Positions 41,775 to 53,031 of a stretch of DNA of 64,000 nt are shown in pieces; positions within the stretch are counted from its first letter, which is position 1, and each line of letters starts with the position of its first letter. The translations under genes and the position numbers were made by a program. The notes beneath the pieces were generated by a model. That model saw only the letters and a program-made list of their open reading frames with translations. It ran no database searches and was not told where the DNA came from. Location: contig OZ296659.1 in NCBI GenBank assembly GCA_965655095.1, positions 64,108,001 to 64,172,000 of the forward strand, in the 5' to 3' direction. This stretch comes from Haplodiscus bocki. Lineage: Eukaryota.

Positions 41775-42816
41775 TAATCGTAATCGTGCCGAGGAGTTTT
41801 TGAATCGGAGTGCGGAAAGAATTCCTTTGTGGTACACTTAGCAATGTCATTAAGTCCCTAGTGACCTGACTCGCAAGGTATGGGTTAGGTGGAATAGTGC
41901 GTGTATTCGGGAGTATCACGAAAATTTTGGGAAATCTTTCTGGTGGTGAGAAGTGTAGAATAAACTTTTTTTGGATCCATGGGCCAAATTTTTTTCCAAA
42001 AGGTAGTAGGGGGTATTACAAAATTTTGTTTTGATAGCGCTGCTCGAAATTTTTTTTGAAATAAAATTGGGGTGTAACGTAGATTTTCATATTCTACTGG
42101 TTGGGAAAAGGGTTGAAAAGCGAAAAATTTCGTCAGTTCTAAGTCTAAAGTATCGGCTAGTAAAAACGGTGATCACGTACCGATCTCTGTCTTTTTTTGG
42201 GAACAAATAAGTTTAACCATAGTTGGGCTGTGAAGTAAAGCGACGGCCAACAACATGATTTTTCGATCAATTAATTGAGTTAGAGACACTGTGACAGATA
42301 CTTGTCTCAATTCATCATTTTCGGGCAAACATATCATTGACAAGTGGTCTTATGCCTTTTGGCACCGAAAACAAACTTTGCAGTCTTAGGCCGAAATCCT
42401 AATGGTTTTTGGACAATGAGGCAGGTTTCAGGTTTTTTCCGAGTTAAACTTTTGCTCGGAAGTTTTCGTTTTGCTTTCGGCTGCTTCTACCCGGTTTTCA
42501 TGGCTACTATTGTTTCGGAAATCTGGCGATTTCTTTCTAGCGTGGCGAAGTTATGCGCCGCCTCTGCTTTGAATGCTTGCAAAGGTTTGATTGGAGGAAT
42601 GATGAATTGAAACACGATTGGAGTCGAGCTACCAATGGAACTAGTTATCAGTATTTTTCGTAGTATGTTGGCGCTTCAAAAATCAGTTGCAAAAGTTCTA
42701 GTGATTAATTTTTTTGGCGTTTTGTACTTGTTTCCAAATTATGAATTTACGGGAAACAACTGTTTTTCCCTACAAATGTTATCAGTAGCAGTTTTTTTGG
42801 ACGACTCTCTTTAGAT
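41775..42816. repeat. 1,042-bp internal sub-duplication
   Basis: The same junction occurs at ~41775. ORFs 41302 and 42344 are 1042 bp apart. Confidence 0.88.
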
Positions 42817-45800
42817 TACCGAAGCGAGTTGATGAGTTGAGGTACTGTAAAATAGTGGGCTTCACTCATCTGTGCCATCTAGTACCACTCCGAATGAGTT
42901 TTTCCTCGAGTATAAGCAAGGAGAGCGTACTTAGACTTTGTTTCTTCATTCCACTGCTCTAAAAACGCGGGGTTTTTGGAAACTGTCATTGAAGGGCGTT
43001 TGGGTTTTTTTCAAACTTCAGACTCATTTATATTGAAAAAATGCAGACGTACATTTCTCATTGCAAGCGTCATCTCTGTGACCAAATCCAGTGGACAAGT
43101 TGGTTTTGCAATTTTTCGCCGTTTGCTGTGGAAACAGTTTTTTTTTCGAGCTCTCGGGTACCACTGAAAAACCAAGAATACGTAATTTTTCTGAAGAAGT
43201 AATGGCTGTTTGCCGAGGAAAATCTACAGAATTCAATTTCGCAGTTTGCTGAACATCAATATGCCACACTCATCGTGTTATCAGCTGAATTTGAACTTTT
43301 TGTCGGAGTTTTGCAAAAATTTATGGCGCTTTGATACGGTATAAAAACGGATATGGAACCATTCTCAATCCGAATGGTACTCGCACTCGATGGCTGTTTT
43401 GGCTAATTTACGTCGGTCGGATCTCACAATTGAACTTTCACAGGGTGGGGTTGTCCTTTCTTCAAGTGGCAGAACATGATCTTTATGCATAGGCTTCAAA
43501 ATGTTCGAGAAACTGGGAAGGCTCCCATCTATATGTTTCACAGTTGTGCAACTCTTCTGCATAGGGCAAATGCGAACGCTCTCCGTTGCAGATCCCTCCT
43601 ACTTCGCTAGAAATTGTGTGCTATTGTCAAGAGAACAAATTTCTTCAGCCAGCATTGTGAACTAAGTGTTCGAGCACAATTAAAAACCAACGAGGAAGTT
43701 AGGTACGAATTGTGTGAGGCTTAACTTTGAGTCTTTCCTAAACCGAGCCTTTTTGGGTTTTTTCTTGTGACTGTCTTTGAGACATATCTCAGAATTTTGT
43801 TACGCATTGTACCGTTAATGAATGTTTTTGTGGAAGGTTTTGACCAATTTCGAAGTTGCTGTCCTCCTTAAGTCCTTTGTCCTGCCTAAAACACTGAAAT
43901 TACTCTTACAAAACGCGAATGAAACGGTAACGAAGATTAATAGTCGGCACAAAGACTTCGATACCTATCATTTTCATTGTTCAACGCATCGCTGACTAGC
44001 ATGCAGGAAATCTTGATTGAAAACCTGTTTATCTGTAGGATAGAACGTTTCAGTCTCCAGCATGTTCAAAACTAGATATCACTGGTTTGATTTCCTGCAG
44101 GAATTCATGGAACGAAGTGATTTCGTGTGAGTTGCACTGCAAGAATCGCTACGCCATCTGGAATAGCGTGGTTGAATAGCATTGTTTTCCCTAAGAGGAT
44201 TTCAGATGCGTCGAAAAAATGGGTTCTGATATTGACAGCAACAACCATACGGTGAGAATTTCGCTCCGTTTGAAGGAGTTTCAATGCAATGGGTCTCCGG
44301 GTAATTTAGTTTTCCGATTTTCAAAAAAGGTTTTTTCTAAAACATTTTTGCCAGCGAAATTGAAAGGTCGCTGTACTTTCCCCATGGTGCCAAAGCTTGT
44401 ATTTTTCACTCGTCATCTGGTATGCTAAGTACCTTACTGAACGTTCCAGATCTGATTTAAGCATTGTCTGAGGATTTCCGAAAGGTTCTGATGACGATAG
44501 AGAAGAATTAATGACAAGCTTTCCTCTAAGCTCTTCAGTGATTCTTGGAAGATGTCAGTGTTTCTTGCTGGAATCTTTGATAAAACCTTAACTGCAACAA
44601 TCTTTCGGAAGGAACAAGGTTCTTGAAGTACGAGAAAAATATGCATTTCTTTGCGTGAAGTGCTAGCTTTTAAGTCTACGATAAACCCGACGTATCAAAA
44701 ACGTCTCGCCGCTTTTTTTCAGACCATGAATGTATATGTGGACTTCTTCAACTTTGGGCAATGAAATGGCGTTTTGTAAACCAAGTTGAGAACGGCTAAC
44801 TTGTCTCAAAGTACTTGCAGGGGAGAGGCTTCGATGTTTGGCTAATTTTTTGCTTTCGAAAATATCGCTACTTCATCGTAATCATGCAAAGTAACTTTTA
44901 AATCGGAGTGCGTAAAGAATTCATTTGTGGTACACTTAGCAATGTCTTTAAGTCCCTAGTGACCTGACTCGCAAGGTATGGGTTAGGTGGAATAGTGCGT
45001 GTATTCGGGGGTATCACGAAAAATTTGGAAATCTTTCTGGTGGTGAGAAGTGTAGAATAAACTTTTTTTGGATCCATGGGCCAAATTTTTTTCCAAAAGG
45101 TAGTAGGGGGTATTACAAAATTTTGTTTTGATAGCGCTGCTCGAATTTTTTTTTGAAATAAAATTGGGGTGTAACGTAGATTTTCATATTCTACTGGTTG
45201 GGAAAAGGGTTGAAAAGCGAAAATTTTCGTCAGTTCTAAGTCTAAAGTACCGGCTAGTAAAAACGGTGATCACGTACCGATCTCTGTCTTTTTTTGGGAA
45301 CAAATAAGTTTAACCATAGTTGGGCTGTGAAGTAAAGCGACGGCCAACAACATGATTTTTCGATCAATTAATTGAGTTAGAGACACTGTGACAGATACTT
45401 GTCTCAATTCATCATTTTCGGGCAAACTTTTCATTGACAAGTGGTCTTATGCCTTTTGGCACCGAAAACAAACTTTGCAGTCTTAGGCCGAAATCCTAAT
45501 GGTTTTTGGACAATGAGGCAGGTTTCAGGTTTTTTCCGAGTTAAACTTTTGCTCGGAAGTTTTCGTTTTGCTTTCGGCTGCTTCTACCCGGTTTTCATGG
45601 CTACTATTGTTTCGGAAATCTGGCGATTTCTTTCTAGCGTGGCGAAGTTATGCGCCGCCTCTGCTTTGAATGCTTGCAAAGGTTTGATTGGAGGAATGAT
45701 GAATTGAAACACGATTGGAGTCGAGCTACCAATGGAACTAGTTATCAGTATTTTTCGTAGTATGTTGGCGCTTCAAAAATCAGTTACAAAAGTTCTAGTG

Positions 45801-48800
45801 ATTAATTTTTTTGGCGTTTTGTACTTGTTTCCAAATTATGAATTTACGGGAAACAACTGTTTTTCCCTACAAATGTTATCAGTAGCAGTTTTTTTGGACG
45901 ACTCTCTTTAGATTACCGAAGCGAGTTGATGAGTTGAGGTACTGTAAAATAGTGGGCTTCACTCATCTGTGCCATCTAGTACCACTCCGAATGAGTTTTT
46001 CCTCGAGTATAAGCAAGGAGAGCGTACGTAGACTTTGTTTCTTCATTCCACTGCTCTAAAAACGCGGGGTTTTTGGAAACTGTCATTGAAGGGCGTTTGG
46101 GTTTTTTTCAAACTTCAGACTCATTTATATTGAAAAAATGCAGACGTACATTTCTCATTGCAAGCGTCATCTCTGTGACCAAATCCAGTGGACAAGTTGG
46201 TTTTGCAATTTTTCGCCGTTTGCTGTGGAAACAGTTTTTTTTTCGAGCTCTCGGGTACCACTGAAAAACCAAGAATACGTATTTTTTCTGAAGAAGTAAT
46301 GGCTGTTTGCCGAGGAAAATCTACAGAATTCAATTTCGCAGTTTGCTGAACATCAATATGCCACACTCATCGTGTTATCAGCTGAATTTGAACTTTTTGT
46401 CGGAGTTTTGCAAAAATTTATGGCGCTTTGATACGGTATAAAAACGGATATGGAACCATTCTCAATCCGAATGGTACTCGCACTCGATGGCTGTTTTGGC
46501 TAATTTACGTCGGTCGGATCTCACAATTGAACTTTCACAGGGTGGGGTTGTCCTTTCTTCAAGTGGCAGAACATGATCTTTATGCATAGGCTTCAAAATG
46601 TTCGAGAAACTGGGAAGGCTCCCATCTATATGTTTCACAGTTGTGCAACTCTTCTGCATAGGGCAAATGCGAACGCTCTCCGTTGCAGATCCCTCCTACT
46701 TCGCTAGAAATTGTGTGTTATTGTCAAGAGAACAAATTTCTTCAGCCAGCATTGTGAACTAAGTGTTCGAGCACAATTAAAAACCAACGAGGAAGTTAGG
46801 TACGAATTGTGTGAGGCTTAACTTTGAGTCTTTCCTAAACCGAGCCTTTTTGGGTTTTTTCTTGTGACTGTCTTTGAGACATATCTCAGAATTTTGTTAC
46901 GCATTGTACCGTTAATGAATGTTTTTGTGGAAGGTTTTGACCAATTTCGAAGTTGCTATGTCCTCCTTAAGTCTTTTGTCCTGCCTAAAACACTGAAATT
47001 ACTCTTACAAAACGCGAATGAAACGGTAACGAAGATTAATAGTCGGCACAAAGACTTCGATACCTATCATTTTCATTGTTCAACGCATCGCTGACTAGCA
47101 TGCAGGAAATCTTGATTGAAAACCTGTTTATCTGTAGGATAGAACGTTTCAGTCTCCAGCATGTTCAAAACTAGATATCACTGGTTTGATTTCCTGCAGG
47201 AATTCATGGAACGAAGTGATTTCGTGTGAGTTGCACTGCAAGAATCGCTACGCCATCTGGAATAGCGTGGTTGAATAGCATTGTTTTCCCTAAGAGGATT
47301 TCAGATGCGTCGAAAAAATGGGTTCTGATATTGACAGCAACAACCATACGGTGAGAATTTCGCTCCGTTTGAAGGAGTTTCAATGCAATGGGTCTCCGGG
47401 TAATTTAGTTTTCCGATTTTCAAAAAAGGTTTTTTCTAAAACATTTTTGCCAGCGAAATTGAAAGGTCGCTGTACTTTCCCCATGGTGCCAAAGCTTGTA
47501 TTTTTCACTCGTCATCTGGTATGCTAAGTACCTTACTGAACGTTCCAGATCTGATTTAAGCATTGTCTGAGGATTTCCGAAAGGTTCTGATGACGATAGA
47601 GAAGAATTAATGACAAGCTTTCCTCTAAGCTCTTCAGTGATTCTTGGAAGATGTCAGTGTTTCTTGCTGGAATCTTTGATAAAACCTTAACTGCAACAAT
47701 CTTTCGGAAGGAACAAGGTTCTTGAAGTACGAGAAAAATATGCATTTCTTTGCGTGAAGTGCTAGCTTTTAAGTCTACGATAAACCGACGTATCAAAAAC
47801 GTCTCGCCGCTTTTTTTCAGACCATGAATGTATATGTGGACTTCTTCAACTTTGGGCAATGAAATGGCGTTTTGTAAACCAAGTTGAGAACGGCTAACTT
47901 GTCTCAAAGTACTTGCAGGGGAGAGGCTTCGATGTTTAGCTAATTTTTTGCTTTCGAAATTATCGCTACTTCATCGTAATCATGCAAAGTAACTTTTAAA
48001 TCGGAGTGCGTAAAGAATTCATTTGTGGTACACTTAGCAGTGTCATCAAGTCCGTAGTGATGAATCGCAAGGTATGGGTTATGTGGAATATTGCGTGTTT
48101 TGCGGGTATCACGGAAATTTTGAAAATCTTTCCGTTGGTGGGATAGAATAAAGTTTTTTGGATCCAAGGGCCAAAACTATCTGCCAAGAACGTCCTAGGC
48201 GTGTTACAAAAAATTGTTTTGACATCTGTCTCCTCGAATTTTTACGAATTGAAACGGGTGTCATGAGGTTTTTTGTATTCTACTGATTCGGACAGAGATT
48301 CAAAAGCAAAAATGTTCGATTTGGTATCTGCTATATGTTGAAAGTGGATATGCTTTTCGAATTGTGTCTTGGAAGATTTGTGCTAAGTTCTAAGTATGAA
48401 GTGGCTGTTAGAAATAACGTTGATTACGGACCGATCTTTTTCATTATTTAAGAACAAATAAGTTTTACGATAGTTGGGCTTTGAAATAAAGCGACTACCA
48501 AAAACATGATTTGCCGATCAGATGTTTGAGTTGGAGACATTGTGACCGATGCTTGTCTGAATTCATCATTTTCGGGCAAACATTTCATTGACAAGTGGTC
48601 TTATGCCTTTTGGCACCGAAAACAAACTTTGCAGTCTTAGGCCGAAATCCTAATGGTTTTTGGACAATGAGGCAGATTTCAGGTTTTTTCCGAGTTAAAC
48701 TTTTGCTCGGAAGTTTTCGTTTTGCTTTCGGCTGCTTCTATCCGGTTTTCATAGCTACTATTGTTTCGGAAATCTGGTGATTTTTTCTACCGTTGCGAAG

Positions 48801-50194
48801 TTATGCGCCGCCTCAGTTTTAAATGCTTGCAAAAGTTTGATTGGAGGAATGATGAATTGAAACACGATTGGAGTCGAGCTACCAATGGAACTAGTTATCA
48901 GTATTTTTCGTAGTATCTTGGAGCTTCAGAAATCCGTTAGTTAAATTCTAGCGATTAAATTTTTTGGCGTTTTGTACTTGTTTCCAAATTTTGAATGTAC
49001 GGGAAACAACTGATTTTCCCTACACATGTTATCAGTAGCAGTTTTTTTGGACGACTATCTTTAAATTACCGAAGCGAGTTGATGAGTTGAGGTACTGTAA
49101 AGTAGTGAACTTCTCTCATTTTTTCCATCTAGTACCTTTCTGAATGAGATTCTCCTCGAGTATAAGCAAGGAGAGCGTATGTAGGCTTTCTTTCTTCATT
49201 CCACTGCCCTACAAACTGGGGTTTTGGAAACTGTCATTGAAGGGGCGTTTGGTTTTTTTTCAAACTTCAGACACATTTATATTGAAAAAATGTGGACGTA
49301 CGTTTCTCATTGCAAGCGTCATTTCTGTGACCAAGTCCAGTGGACAAGTTGGTTTTGGAATTTTTCGCCGTTTGCTTTGGTGACAGTTTATTGTTTTCTT
49401 TTTCGAGCTCTCAGGTACCACTGAAAAACCAAGATTACATATCTTTTTCTGTATAAGTAATGTCTGTTTGCCGAGGAAAATCTACAGAATTCAATTCCGC
49501 AGTTTATTGAACATCAATATGCCACACTCACCGTGATATCAGCTGAGTTTGAAGTTTTTGTCGAAGTTTCGCATAACTTCATGGTCCTTTGATACGGTAT
49601 AGAAACGGATCTGGAACCATTTTCGTTCTGAATGGTTATCGCACTGGAGGGCTAATTTGGCTAATTTTTTCGGTTGGACCTCACAATTAAACTTTCACAG
49701 CTTGGAGTTGTCCTTTCTACAAGTGGCAGAACATGATCAATATGCAGAGGCTTCAAAATGTTGGAGAATCTGGGAAGGCGCCTTTTTATATGTTTCACTG
49801 TTGTGCAGCTCTTCTGCATAGGGCAATTGCGAACGCTCTCGGTAGCAGACCCTTTCCACTTCGCCAGAGGATGTGTGTTATTGTCAAGGGAACAAACTTG
49901 TTTGCCAGCATTATCAACTAAGTGTTCGAGCACAATTATAAACCAACGAGGAATTTTGGTACGAATTGTGAAAGACTCAACTTCTACTCATTCGGAAACC
50001 GATTTTTTTGGGTTTTTTTGTCCGTCTTTGAGACGTTTCTCTGCCAGTAATTTTGTTGCGCATTGTGGTGAATGTTTTTCTGGGAAGTTTTGACCAGTTT
50101 TGAGACTGCTATGTCCTCCTTGAACCTTTTCTCCCGCCTTGAACACTGAATTACTCTTATAAAACGCGAATGAAACGGTAACGAGATTAATAGT

Positions 50195-51148
50195 TAGTCG
50201 GCACAAAGATTTCGATACCTATCATTTTCATTGTTCAACGCATCGCTGACTAACCTGCAGGAAATCTTGATTGAAAACCTGTTTAGCTGTAGGATACAAC
50301 GATTCAGTCTCGAGCATGTTCAATACTAGATGTCACTGGTTTCATTTTCTGCTGGAATTCATGAATTGAAGTGATTTTCTGTGAGCTGCCCTGCAAGAAT
50401 CGCTTCGCCATCTAGAATAGCGTGGTTGAATGGCATCCTTTTCCTTGACAGGATTTCAAGTGCGTCGAGAAAATGGGTTTTGATACGGACAACAGCAACC
50501 GTACGGTGATTCTTCTGCTCCGTTTGAAGGAGTTTCAATGCAATGGGTCTCCTGGTATTATAGTTTTCCGATTTTCAGAACAAGTTCTTTTGAAACATTT
50601 TTGTCAACAAGGTTGAAAGGTAGCTGTACTTTCCCCAGCGTGCCAAAGCTTGTGTTTTTCATTCGTCATCTGGTATGCTAGCTACATTATTGAACGTTCC
50701 AGATCTGATTTAAGCATTGTCTGAGGGTTTTCGAAAGGTTCTGATTTCGATAGAGAAGCATTCCTCTAAGCTCTTCAATGATTCTTGGTAGATGTCAGTG
50801 TTTCTGGCTAGAATCTTTGAAGAAATAAATACTGCGAGAGTCTTACGAGAGAAAAAATGTTCCTGAAAATTGAGTCGCAGAATAATGCATTGCCTTTCAA
50901 GCTCTTGCAAGACATCTGTGCAGATTCTTGCAAGAAGTGCCCACCTTTAAGTCTTCGATAAATCGACGTATCATTAACGTCTCGCCGCTTTTTTTCAGAC
51001 TATGAATGTATATGTGGATTTCTTCAACTTTGGGCATTGAAATGGCGTTTTGTAAACCAAGCCGGGAACGGCTAAGTCGTCTCAAAATACTTGCAGGGGA
51101 GAGGCTTGGTTGTATAGCAAGTTTTTTGCTTTCGGAATATTCGCTACT
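50195..51148 (-). pseudogene. Decayed protein-coding frame of unknown family inside the repeat monomer (best seen in the terminal copy)
   Basis: Manual translation gives ~69 stop-free codons (51148-50941), one frameshift, then 193 codons with only 3 stops (50940-50362). Other copies keep the downstream part open (755..1102, 14669..15103). No family recognised. Confidence 0.3.
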
Positions 51149-52152
51149 TCATCGTAATCGTGCCGACGAATTTTTGAATCGGAGTGCGGGAAGAATTCCT
51201 TTGTGGTACACTTAGCAATGTCATCAAGTCCCTAGTGACCTGACTCGCAAGGTATGGGTTAGGTGGAATAGTGCGTGTATTCGGGGGTATCACGGCAAGT
51301 TTCGAAAACTTTCCGGTGGTGGAAAGTGTAGAATAAAATGTTTTGGATCAAAACGCCAATTTTTTTTTCCAAAAACGTCTTGTCCAAAGACGTCTGGTCG
51401 AATTTTTTTGGAATTAAAATTAGGCTGTCACGTAGATTTTCGTGTTCTACTGATTCGGAAAGACGTTGAAAAGCGAAAAATTTCGATTTCGTATCTGCTA
51501 TATGTTGAAAGTGGATCTGCTTTTCGAATTGTGTCTGGGAAGGTTTCTGCTAACTTCTAAGTTTAAAGTGTCGGTTAGTGGAAATCTTGATTACAGACCG
51601 ATCTCTGTACTTTTTTAAAAAATTTAAGTTTACCGTATTTAGGCTTCAAAGTAAAGCGACGACCAAAAACATGATTTACTGATGAAATGTTTGAATTAGT
51701 GACACTGTGACAGGTACTTGTCTCAATGCGTATTTTCGAGCGAACATTTGATTGACAATTGGTGTAGCAGTTCTTGAAATTTCAATCAAACATGTAATCA
51801 ATTCAAGCTTTTCTCAGGATTTTTGATGTGTAATGTTTAGTTTTGATGTCGCCTGACAAGTCAATGTGTTGCGAAATTCCACTTCGTCTCTGTATAGTAT
51901 ATTTCAAGGTTATTGAAGCTGCCGAATTTACCATAACGCAATACGAAGTTAGGCGGTACACTATGTATGAGTAATGTTTTATCATTTTTTTCGATAGTTG
52001 AAAATGTCTTAAACACGAGGAAGCCCAGAAATCTGGCTATGAACGTCGTCTGATCTTAGCAAATTTATGGTCCAAAAAACGGCGATTTAGCTAATGCCAA
52101 TTGAACGATTGGCGGCTGATATTAGCGATGTCAACCCTGTTCGCTGTTGTAG

Positions 52153-52499
52153 GCTTCGGAACTTCGAAGAGCGTGAAAGCGACAGCTCTGGATGCAGCCA
52201 ATCACGGGTTTCGGACTGTTCTCGTTTCTGACGCTTGCTGCGAATTGGAAGATCAATCAAGAAGTCCCACAAAAAGACGAGTTAATGACGTCAGCGCAAA
52301 CGGAAACAGTGAGTGGCAAGAGCTACAGAAACGCGGAATTGCGATTGCTTCTACGGATGACGTTCAAAACATGCTCGCTTGTCGGGATAGAAGACCCGAG
52401 TTGGGCTACATCTCCGCACTGAATTACGCAATAAGTCTCAAGAAACTCACCACATTTGGCTCAGTGGCAAATGGGTCATTTAGACATATCATTGAATAG
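52153..52499 (+). CDS. Probable terminal exon of a nicotinamidase-like (isochorismatase/cysteine hydrolase superfamily, PncA/Naam-type) gene
   Basis: GFGTSKSVKATALDAANHGFRTVLVSDACC aligns with the PncA motif GLATDYCVKxTxLDAxxxGxxxxVxxDxC. The downstream V..M...RDRRPELGY matches my recollection of the C-terminus of invertebrate nicotinamidases (e.g. Drosophila Naam). In-frame phase-1 acceptors are at TGTTGTAG|52153 or ATATTAG|52126. Stop TAG is at 52497-52499. The N-terminal catalytic Asp/Lys region is absent. Confidence 0.85.
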
Positions 52500-52634
52500 A
52501 ACACTTTTGCAAACCGTCGAGCTCAAAACTTCTTATCTAACCTTCTTCAGCTAAGAAGATACTTAAAGCATGTATAATTAAACACACACAACCCTTTTTT
52601 GTGAGGTCAGTGAGAAAAACGAAGCAAAAAGCAA

Positions 52635-52640
52635 AATAAA
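52635..52640 (+). terminator. Candidate polyadenylation signal AATAAA
   Basis: Lies 136 nt downstream of the stop codon, with an ATTAAA at 52577-52582. Motif only, in AT-rich DNA. Confidence 0.3.
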
Positions 52641-52892
52641 CCATTACTAAAACAGTCCAGTTTTTCAAACCATTTCCACCGCTCGCTGTGCCTGAAATTT
52701 CTATCTTCTCCGTTGGAAGGCTAGTGATGCATGTTTTTATCATTTTTAAGACCGGAAAATTTTACGAAGTTCTTACAGTGTCACTCAGTTTCTTACGCTT
52801 TTTCGTACGACATTTTGCGACTTCGTGGGACAAGGATTTTCGTACGATATTTTAAAAATTTTTCCAAAACACGGTAAAGATGTGTGAGAGTA

Positions 52893-53031
52893 CAGCAGGG
52901 TCCTTATGGACCATGATAGCAGCGTTGAAAGGGCGCAAATAAAAAGTTTTTGTTCCTCAATTATATTTGAAAAATTTAAACTTCAGGACATTCATGGAAA
53001 AACGGAATAAAAGTTGAAAAGGACCCGACTG
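52893..53031. mobile_element. Possible tiny degenerate MITE
   Basis: Imperfect 13-bp inverted ends CAGCAGGGTCCTT ... AAGGACCCGACTG (11/13). The left flank is TA and the right flank is TT, so the TSD is not intact. Confidence 0.25.

Larger units (their letters stand above)
1..51763. repeat. Large head-to-tail tandem array (macrosatellite), 16 core copies, continuing past the left edge of the window
   Basis: The same landmark (end of the 'MALHARK..NVQ' ORF, TTGAACGTTC) recurs at ~1252, 4045, 6836, 9630, 12438, 15271, 18091, 20899, 25502, 29063, 33946, 37086, 40239, 44434, 47533 and 50687. Similarity to the repeat junction stops at ...ATTGACAATTGGT (51763). Confidence 0.98.
21946..51763. repeat. 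Composite long-monomer zone (periods ~4603, 3561, 4883, 3140, 3153, 4195, 3099, 3154 bp)
   Basis: Units carry an extra block ending TTCATTGACAAGTGGT(T/C)TTATGCC. It has two variants: ~374 bp (e.g. 37777-38150) and a shorter ~315 bp form (e.g. ~22047-22360). Internal sub-duplications are also present. Confidence 0.93.

Noticed and set aside
755-51215. The many 60-144 aa ORFs in the array as real multicopy genes
   Set aside because: They overlap on both strands and many begin at non-ATG codons. They are broken by different frameshifts and stops in different copies, and none has a recognisable domain.
1-51763. Array as rDNA, 5S, histone or tRNA gene repeat, or CRISPR array
   Set aside because: No rRNA, 5S, histone or tRNA motifs were found in the monomer. 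Units are kb-sized with no repeat-spacer structure, and the context is eukaryotic.
52101-52152. ORF-track N-terminus MNDWRLILAMSTLFAVV as the start of a 132-aa protein or signal peptide
   Set aside because: It starts at TTG and reads through probable intron sequence with two in-frame AG acceptors. The family requires a long N-terminal part that is missing.
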